NCBI GenBank assembly: GCA_001275005.1
Contig: JWZX01003328.1
Coordinates: 1 to 39,929, forward strand
DNA length: 39,929 bases
Direction of reading: 5' to 3'
Origin: Chrysochromulina tobinii
Taxonomy: Eukaryota
Below the pieces are notes generated by a model that was not told the origin of the DNA, searched no databases, and was given only the letters and a program-made list of their open reading frames with translations. Position 1 is the stretch's first letter. Each line of letters begins with the position of its first letter. Positions 32,580 to 39,929 of this stretch are shown here, piece after piece. Position numbers and translations under genes: made by a program.

Positions 32580-35500
32580 CTATTTTGTGTCTGATTTTTC
32601 TCGAACTGCTGTGACGGCCCGCTGGTTGTCGCGTGCGACGAGCTGCTCGTAGTAGACGCGCACGCCTTCAAGGTTGGCCGGGTCCGCCTCGTACTCGATC
32701 GCCTTCTTGAGCCGAATAAAGAGCCACTCAGCCATCGAGTTGGAGGTGATGCGCTCATACGCGGTGTTGAAGATGGCGATGAGCAGGTTGAGGAGCACAA
32801 AGTACGAGGTGACGATGAAGGACCAAAAGAGTGCGGAGGCTCCCAGCTGCACGCTGGGCGAGAGTGGCTCAATCATATCGAGGCTGGCGCCGCCGGCGAG
32901 CCACAGGCACATCTGGGACACGATGGACATGTAAGAGTAGTCGAAGGAAAGGCCTTGGGAGAGCGACGCGAGGTACTCGGACGAGACGCCAAAGTGGATG
33001 AGCGAGTAGAAGCCGTTGGCAAAGCCCACGAGCACGATGCCGAGCACAACCGCGAAGCGCACCGAGTCCGAGAGCATCTGGGTGACAGTGATCAACAGCG
33101 GGCCGAGCACCTTGAAGATAGCGACCAAGTTGAGGATCGAGAGGGCGAGGGTCACTTGCAGCGCGCCATCGAACAGCGCGAGGACCTCGGACAAGGACTG
33201 CACGAGGTCATTGTTATTCTCAAGGTCCACGGACGTGGCTACGCGCCACGCGGTCACGACGGGCACGAAGGCGAGGGAGTACAGGTCGAGTGCCTCGAAG
33301 AAGTTGAGGGATGCGGGTTTTGAGCGCAGACGGCGCAGCTGGTCATTGCCGAAGAGGGCCCAAGAAACCGCCGAGGCGCTAGTGGCCGCGTAGAAGAGGG
33401 GCGTCCCCGGCTCGCCCACGCTCGCGACGAAGACGGAGAACGCCATGGCGGAAAAGATGCCAAAGCGGTTTCGGTAGCGCTCGCCCGCGAAGGTGGACCA
33501 TTTACGCTCGAGTAAGTCGAGCATCAGAGGAGTCTCGAGGAGCTCTTTGCGCTCATGGCGCAAGATGAGCTCCTCGATGGTCACAGGCTGCCCCTTGCCA
33601 TCACGCAAGACGAGCGGCTTAAGCGGCTTGAGCAGTTTCGAGTCGGGCGCGGTTTCGAGTCGTTTCGAGTCGGGCGAGTCCGCCGCTGGCACGCCCTCGC
33701 CGAGCACGCCCGTGCCTTCCTCGGCGCGCGAGGGCGGAGCACTCTGGTCTTCGCTGAGCGGCAGCACGATCCCCCCGAACGAGTACCAGTACAGGTCGTT
33801 GCCCCACCATCGATACTCGAATCGGCTTTTGGCGTTCAGGAGCTCAAGCGCGAGCTCAGGCATCGTCTCGATCGCCATCGAGAGCGGCGAGCGGCCGCCC
33901 TTGTTGATCGCGAAGCCGTCGACGCCCACGCCCAGCAGGAACCGGGCCGCTCCGATGTCACGCGAGGACTCGAGCAGCGTGTGGAGCGGATTGGAGAGCT
34001 CGGCATCCACCTGATGAGGGGGCCCATCAAGAGCAATCAGTGGCAATCGGTGGCACTCAGCGGATGGGAGAGCTCGGCGGAAGGTATACCTCGCGGAAGA
34101 CCGAGGGTGGCAGGTGCTCACGCAGGTACTGGAGCACCTCGAGCTGACCGTTGAACGCGGCCGCATGCACAAGTGAGAAGAGTGGCGCGTCCTGCAGCAG
34201 CCACTCGAGACGTTGGCGCAGGTTGCACCCCGCCTGTCGGAGCATCTCGAGAGCCACCACGTCGCCCTCGAAGCATGCGTGCACTGCCGGCCCTCCCCAA
34301 TAAGTGGGCGGGAAGTTCGGGTCGGCGCAGCCGGAGGCGAGCACGTCTTTCAGGAGCTCGAGGCGCTCTGCCTCGGACACCCCAACCATCGAGCGTCGGA
34401 AGTTGCCCTCGTCGGGTCGCACTAGCAGGCAGAGCGGCGTGCGGCACCACCCTTCGAGCTGCCGCTCACCCGTCGAGCTGTTCAGCATCGCGGGCGGGTA
34501 GACAAAGTTCCAGTCGATCTCGGTGAGCGCGCGGATGGTGTTGAGGTCACCCGTCTTGATCGCATCGAGGAGCAACACCCGCTCCGCTGTCAGGTAGTCG
34601 TTGAGCTCGATCTCATTGCCATACTTCGTCTTGAAGCGGCGGTAAAGATCATCTTGCACGCGCAGCACGTCTACCGCGTCGTCGCCGAAGCCGCGCGACA
34701 GCGAGCCCTGGATGCGGCTCTCGATGACCCCGAGCCTCGCGGCATCCCTCTCGGCGGTGCTGTCAGACCTCCTAGAGCCGCTGTTGGAGGTGGAGGCTGC
34801 CGCCGCGAGCTGTTGGCGCACGTCGCTGTCGAGCAGCCGCATGTACTCAGCAGCCTGCATGTTGGCCACATTGGCGCGATTGGCGGCCTCGTCATAGGTG
34901 CTAAGCCGATCCGAGGCAGCCAAGAGCGCACGCTCGTACTGCAGCGAGTTCCAGATCAGGTCCGTCGCCATCTTGGAGAACTCGTCGAATGAGAGCCTCC
35001 CATCGCCGTTCCTATCGTACTGGTTCAAACGACGCTTGAGGTCTTTCGAGCCGCGAGTGAGCGAGGTAATGCCCACCTGCTCGAAGGCGATGTGCAGCTC
35101 GTTGGGGCCCAGGAATCCGTCGCGCGGCAGCGAGTCGAGCTTGTCGAACAGATCCCGCCACAACACCACCCGCCGTCGCTTGCGTAGCCAGTCGCGGGCG
35201 ACCGCGGTGATGCGCACGCCCGTCTTCGCGTACGCGTTCGCATTCCAGGGGGTCTTGAGCGTGCGCATGAGCACGCTGAACTCATCGAAGTTGAGAACGC
35301 CGTCCTCGTCTACATCGACCTCTCTTATCAGGGTCTTCAGATCGTCGGCAGGTGGGATATCCAGTTCGAGCCGCTTCAGCACCACAAGCAGCTCACGCAG
35401 GTCGATATTTCCATCGCCGTTGATGTCACACTCGTCGAAGCAGCGCTTCCATAGGCGGGCGGACGAGTCCTCGAAGAAGTCGAGCAGGCTCCCGCGTATG

Positions 35501-35697
35501 GACTGCAGGAGGCTGAAAGACCGAGTGCCTTTGTTTGACTGACCGATTGGCTGAGAGGCACTCTCAAGCAACAGCCGGCTGAGCTGCAGGTTGCTCGAGC
35601 TACTCCCACCCGACGCAAGCGCCAGGATCGGCGCCGCGCGGCGTGGCACCGTGATAGGCGGCGCGAACCAGCCGGCCGATGCACAAGCGACCATCAT
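32580..35697 (-). CDS. TRP-like cation channel with four EF-hands and ankyrin repeats, ~1012 aa; exons 35697-34090 and 34010-32580
   Basis: EF loops DINGDGNIDLRE, DVDEDGVLNFDE, DSLPRDGFLGPNE, DRNGDGRLSFDE; ankyrin-like HAAAFNGQLEVLQYL and GRSPLSMAIE; LLERKW; LGPLLITVTQML; S6 VLLNLLIAIFNTAY; TRP-box-like EWLFIR. Confidence 0.85.
34011..34089 (-). other. Spliceosomal intron (79 nt) with an eroded copy of the downstream exon and a CTGAT-type 10-mer 3' cassette
   Basis: GAG|GTATACCTTCC-GCCGAGCTCTCCCATCCG-CTGAGTGCCA CCGATTGCCA CTGATTGCTC TTGATGGGCC CCCTCATCAG|GTGGAT-GCCGAGCTCTCCAATCCGCT. Confidence 0.85.
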
Positions 35698-36625
35698 GAC
35701 GGATTTGTGTGCGGCCACTGTCGGCCGATTCAGTGCGTGCGTCCCATCGGGCGATTCTCGTGCCCGAGAGCGTTTCTCGCGCCTTGAGGAAACTCAATGT
35801 CGCGGCCAAACATGAGCTCGATGCGAAGTCTTGACCTCGCGCCTTGAGGTGTCTCAATGACGTATGACGAGGCGTGCGTACGAGCGCGGCCAAAGTGTCG
35901 AGCCGTTTCAGCGTACGTGCGATCCTTGAGTGAGTCTCAGTGTGAGTGAGATAGTCCTCCTGTCGTAACATAGGGCTTGCTTAGGGGGGCCGGTGGGGTG
36001 CTTTCGAGTGTCGGTCAATGGTGTCGGTCTTTCTGACGAGTCTGTTATCTTGTCTGTTATGTACATGTACTGATCATGTACCCCGAGCGGGAGGAACAGG
36101 GCCAACGTCCAAGCCGCTGGTCGAACCACTGACAGACCCACAGAGCACAGATAGGGTCGAGGAGCACGGAGCGGGGTGCGGGGAGAGGGGGAGTGCTCAG
36201 CCGACTCGACAAACGCACTCGAGCCCTTATCTCAATAAGGGCCTTATCTCGAGCCCGTCCATGCCACATCCTTAACATCCGGTCTGGCAACCTCAACGAA
36301 CCCCACTGGAGTCCCACTCCCCTCCTCAAAACCTAATCCTGCGGGCGAAAACATAGATTCCGGGTAGGCGGCCGTGCGGCCGAGCAAGAAGCTACAAGTA
36401 CTTTCAGTCGAAACAACACAAGCGCAAACGATTACTCCGGCAGCCAGCAATTTAGGAAAGAGTGAGCGAAGAAGAAGCGCTTGCTTGCTTACTTGCTTGG
36501 GGGGGAGGATTAACAGACCTGTTCACAGCGCATTAACAGCCCAGATCTCGCGGGGACACTCATCGCGGTCATCGCGAGGAGTCCAGGTCGCCCTCGCACC
36601 CTTCACGGCTCGCACACCAGCACAG

Positions 36626-37636
36626 ATGCACATCAAGTGTGTCATCACGGCCAGCGCGCAGCCAGGTCGTGCGGCGACGCTCACGCTCAAGCACTCATGG
36701 TCGAAGGAAAAGCCGCTTCCCGGATCGGAGGTAGCTGGCTGGGCGTCACCATGCAATCTTCATCCAGAGTTTCTTGTGCAGCGTACGCTGCAGTACGACT
36801 TGGGGGCACACAACTTCGTGGCGGCCGCCGAGGCCATCCTCGGTCCAGATCTTGCCAACCTCCATAAGGCACCGTTCAAGCCGCCAGCAGACACGCCTCC
36901 AGCGCTGCGCCGTGCGCAGATTCAGGCGCAGGTCAATGGTGGTGTCTCGAAAGCGGAACGCAAGGGCGCGAGAGACCATGCGGTTCACTTCGAGCGCACC
37001 GGCGAGTGGAGCCGCTTTTGTGAGGTGTACGACAGGTTCATCGCCGAGTGGGTCGTACCTCACGTCGGCAACGTTCCCATCCTGTACCAGCGCAAGCCCA
37101 TTCTACGCGTGGTGCTGCCGGACTCGGTACCGCCGACCAAGCCGCACTGCGATGCGGACTATTACCACGACAGCAACGAGATCAACTTTTGGATGCCGTT
37201 CACACGCGTGTGGGGCTCGAACACGCTGTGGAGCGAATCGGCGCCGGGGAAGGGCGACTACGCGCCATTTGAATGTGGGCCAGGTGAACTCGTGCGCTTC
37301 TACGGGAACCGCTGCCGCCATTACACTCTGGCCAACGATAGCGGAGGCACCCGGGTCTCCATTGACTTTCGCGTGATCCCTTTCCACCTGTACACGCCGC
37401 CCACGCCATTCGCCGAGCGCGCGAGTAAGCACGCTCTCGACATTGGTACCTCCAAGAAGGGTTACTACGCCCTCGCGGGCGAAGACAGGCTCGATGCAGA
37501 CGCACGTGCCGCCTTGCGCCGGTGGCGCGACGATGGGCAGCGGATTAGGAAGCTAGAGCAGCAAGACCAGCAAGACGAAGAGCAAGAGGAGGACCTTCAC
37601 CTTGTCCGGTCCATCGCATGTACGACAACGACTTGA
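36626..37636 (+). CDS. Putative Fe(II)/2OG-type (jelly-roll, StrG/PhyH-like) oxygenase
   Basis: YQRKPILRVVLP...HCDADYYH...EINFWMPFT...NTLWSESAPGKGDY...FYGNRCRHYTLANDSGGTRVSIDFRV, giving an HxD...H...RxS pattern. Start uncertain. Confidence 0.65.
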   Translation: MHIKCVITASAQPGRAATLTLKHSWSKEKPLPGSEVAGWASPCNLHPEFLVQRTLQYDLGAHNFVAAAEAILGPDLANLHKAPFKPPADTPPALRRAQIQAQVNGGVSKAERKGARDHAVHFERTGEWSRFCEVYDRFIAEWVVPHVGNVPILYQRKPILRVVLPDSVPPTKPHCDADYYHDSNEINFWMPFTRVWGSNTLWSESAPGKGDYAPFECGPGELVRFYGNRCRHYTLANDSGGTRVSIDFRVIPFHLYTPPTPFAERASKHALDIGTSKKGYYALAGEDRLDADARAALRRWRDDGQRIRKLEQQDQQDEEQEEDLHLVRSIACTTTT

Positions 37637-37690
37637 GTTGTGCAGGAGTCTATCGGATATTAATACACCACACGCATCGAGCTCAAAACC

Positions 37691-38068
37691 TCACTCCGCC
37701 AATTCGCTCTGCTCCGCATCCTTCATGTCGCCAGCCTCCATGTTGGCAGCATCCTCCGCCGCGCTTCGCGCCCTCTCTTGCAACATCGAGATCTCAGTGC
37801 GCAGCTCGTTGACCTGCTCCTGCGTGCGAGCCGCGGCGGGACCCGTTTGCCGCTTGAGAAGCTTCTCGTAGCGCTTCACACGCGTCACCACCTCCGCAAT
37901 TTGCCTTTGCGCATCCTTTATTGCTGCCGTCAGCTCCTCACGCCGGAGGCGATCGGACTTGCTCCCCTTGGCGATAACCGGTCGGCTCGAGCTGCGCGGG
38001 TGCTTGAACATTGTGGTGAACTTGGCCGTCGTGGCGCTCAGGCGCGCCTGCTTCTCCTGCTTGCCCAT
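37691..38068 (-). CDS. Small hypothetical coiled-coil protein (125 aa)
   Basis: ATG-initiated ORF with heptad-like charged sequence (LTAAIKDAQRQIAEV...VNELRTEISMLQER); convergent with the oxygenase gene. Confidence 0.5.
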   Translation of the reverse strand: MGKQEKQARLSATTAKFTTMFKHPRSSSRPVIAKGSKSDRLRREELTAAIKDAQRQIAEVVTRVKRYEKLLKRQTGPAAARTQEQVNELRTEISMLQERARSAAEDAANMEAGDMKDAEQSELAE

Positions 38069-38110
38069 GGTGAGGGCCTCGTCGTGTGCCTTCCACTACG
38101 GTATGGTAGA

Positions 38111-38139
38111 CAAGTCAAGTCAAGTCAAGTCAAGTCAAG
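38111..38139. repeat. (CAAGT)n microsatellite in the divergent intergenic region
   Basis: caagtcaagtcaagtcaagtcaagtcaag. Confidence 0.9.
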
Positions 38140-38267
38140 GATTTCCTTCTGCGCGCACACCTCCCCAGCTGGAGCTTGCACATTCCTTTTCCCTTGCCGC
38201 TCCGAGACGTCTGCCCAAAGACTTGACTTGGAGTTGCCTTATTGAGGTACTTGCCTCCTATTGTTCA

Positions 38268-39368
38268 ATGTCAACACTTGTCTTGTCGATGTCAACGACT
38301 GTGACGACGAAACAAATTCGGGCCGAAATTCCGGCCGAGGGCACGCCGCTCGTTGGGCGAGAAGCCAATAATCGGAAGAGTTCGCGGAGCATCAGCGACC
38401 GCTCCTTGACGGTCGCCGCTGTCATGGCGCTCATCATCGTTGGCGTCTGCAAGGTCCAGCTGACCGCATACCTCTTCTCGTTGGCCAAGTACCCGACGGC
38501 CTACTCCTTTTACACCTGCATCGTGTCCGCGGTCCTGCTAGTTCCCGTCTTCATCCTCGTACCAAGCACGTGGGGGGTGCCGACCAAGGAGATGTTCCTC
38601 GGTCCGCACTACGCGCTCACGCTGATCGTTCTGTTCACAACCTTTGACCTCGGGTTCACAAACATCGCGCTCGCAAACATATCAGCGGCCTTGCAGCAGT
38701 GCATCGCCGCAACCGCCCCCTTTTGGACTATTATGATCGAGAGTCTGCTCCACCGCCGGTGCTACCACCCCATCCTATACAGCACGGTGCTCGGCCTGGT
38801 GTTCGGGGCTGTGCTTGCCTCGGTGGCGACCGTGCGCTCGCTCAGCGTCTTCGGCGCCATCGCCGCGGTCATCGCGGTCATCTGCTCCGCGAGTAAGTTC
38901 GCCTTGACGCACGCGGCCTTCACGCAGCAGAATAGCACCAAGGAGACCAGCATAGGCCCGCTCGCGCTCCTCTTCTGGGTTGACCTCCTGATGATCCCCA
39001 TCTACATGCCATGGGTGCTGATCAACGGCGAGCTGATCGACATGTTCAAGGACTCGAGCATGCATGCGAACGAGTGGTGGCAGTTCACGGGCACCGCCGC
39101 GCTCGGTGGGGTGCGCGCGCTCACGCAGTACCTCATGCTCAGCCTCGTGACGGCCACGTCAACTGCGACGGCCAACATCTTCACGATGGTGCTCAACATC
39201 ATGATCTCGATGACATGGCAGCCGAAAGAGTTACTTGCGGTGTCGCCAGAGCTCTTTGTCGGCATCGTGATCGTCATCTGCTGCAGCGTCCTCTACGTCT
39301 ACCTCAAGTCGAGCAGGGACGCATGCTGCGGCGTAATTCACGAGTGGAACGGCGGAGACAAGGGGTAA
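38268..39368 (+). CDS. Triose-phosphate/nucleotide-sugar transporter family (DMT, SLC35-like) protein
   Basis: About 10 hydrophobic segments; FTTFDLGFTNIALANISAALQQCIAATAPFWT, ICSASK, VTATSTATANI. Confidence 0.8.
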   Translation: MSTLVLSMSTTVTTKQIRAEIPAEGTPLVGREANNRKSSRSISDRSLTVAAVMALIIVGVCKVQLTAYLFSLAKYPTAYSFYTCIVSAVLLVPVFILVPSTWGVPTKEMFLGPHYALTLIVLFTTFDLGFTNIALANISAALQQCIAATAPFWTIMIESLLHRRCYHPILYSTVLGLVFGAVLASVATVRSLSVFGAIAAVIAVICSASKFALTHAAFTQQNSTKETSIGPLALLFWVDLLMIPIYMPWVLINGELIDMFKDSSMHANEWWQFTGTAALGGVRALTQYLMLSLVTATSTATANIFTMVLNIMISMTWQPKELLAVSPELFVGIVIVICCSVLYVYLKSSRDACCGVIHEWNGGDKG

Positions 39369-39568
39369 ACGCTGAGGACGTGAGGAGGCGGTTTAGAGGC
39401 GGTTCCCCCGTACGATACATAGTATGTCGAGTTGAGGTCGGTCGTTTGTATATACACTTTTCAGAAAATGTTTGGCGTGCCCAGCATGCATCGCGACCGG
39501 AAGTGTTGCCTTTTGCGGCCGACAAAACCGACCCAAATTTAGCCACCCATTTGCTTCGCCCGTGACCA

Positions 39569-39929
39569 ATGGCGTCTCAGGCCAAGGAAGGCACCCCACT
39601 GGTAGATAAAGATGATAAGAAGGATGAGAAGGACAGCGGGGCATGCTGCTCCCCAGCCACGGCCACCATCATTGCACTCGCCGGTTTGGTGACGACTGTG
39701 GTTGTCAAGGTGCAGCTCACTGCGTGGCTCTTCTCGATGTCCAAGTTCCCTACCGCGTACTCGTTCTATTCGGCGATCGTGACCGATGTCATGCTCATCC
39801 CCATGTTCCTCCTCTTTCCGAAGCAATGGGGCGTGCCCACCTTGGACATGTTCGGACCGCCCAAGTTCGTCTTCACTCTCATCATCATCTTCACAACATT
39901 TGACATGGCGTTCACCAACATTGCGCTTG
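39569..39929 (+). CDS. Tandem paralog of the upstream TPT-family transporter (5' part only; not in the ORF track)
   Basis: Translation from ATG 39569: MASQAKEGTPLVDK...KVQLTAWLFSMSKFPTAYSFYSAIV...WGVPTLDMFGPP...IFTTFDMAFTNIAL, collinear with KVQLTAYLFSLAKYPTAYSFY...WGVPTKEMF...FTTFDLGFTNIAL. Confidence 0.85.
   Translation, partial: MASQAKEGTPLVDKDDKKDEKDSGACCSPATATIIALAGLVTTVVVKVQLTAWLFSMSKFPTAYSFYSAIVTDVMLIPMFLLFPKQWGVPTLDMFGPPKFVFTLIIIFTTFDMAFTNIAL

Noticed and set aside
31824..32652. ORFs with SPPPP or GGDGG low-complexity tracts
   Set aside because: No domain is recognisable, they are driven by GCC-type repeats, and one overlaps the TRP gene 3' end. A gene remnant cannot be excluded.

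Overview
This is eukaryotic nuclear DNA, not prokaryotic: GC-rich, gene-dense, with short GT-AG spliceosomal introns and several proteins carrying N-terminal signal/plastid-type presequences. A haptophyte-like alga with a secondary plastid is my inference, not proven. About 22 genes are supportable: thioesterase, HET/TIR-like + TPR-array protein (frameshifted), membrane-anchored double-Cache protein, RimM, GDP-L-fucose synthase, homeodomain TF, symplekin, rhodanese, CCCH zinc finger, PAPS transporter (SLC35B2-like), Zn2Cys6/Myb-like TF, YdfG-like SDR, NAD(P)-binding protein, FEN1, ankyrin-2OG-Fe(II) oxygenase, purple acid phosphatase, EF-hand/ankyrin TRP-like channel, another 2OG-Fe(II)-type oxygenase and two tandem TPT-family transporters. 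The most striking signal is in the introns. In three unrelated genes (6405-6532, 16143-16215, 34011-34089) the 5' part of the intron is a 20-32 nt copy of the start of the following exon, followed by a 3' splice-site cassette. Two of these cassettes share a ~10-nt CTGAT repeat plus CCCTCATYAG. The copies range from perfect to eroded, suggesting an ongoing intron-generating process. A second highlight is a candidate innate-immune receptor: a HET/TIR-like domain fused to a near-identical 126-bp TPR array whose variation concentrates at a few positions. All protein calls come from motif recognition by eye; no searches were run.
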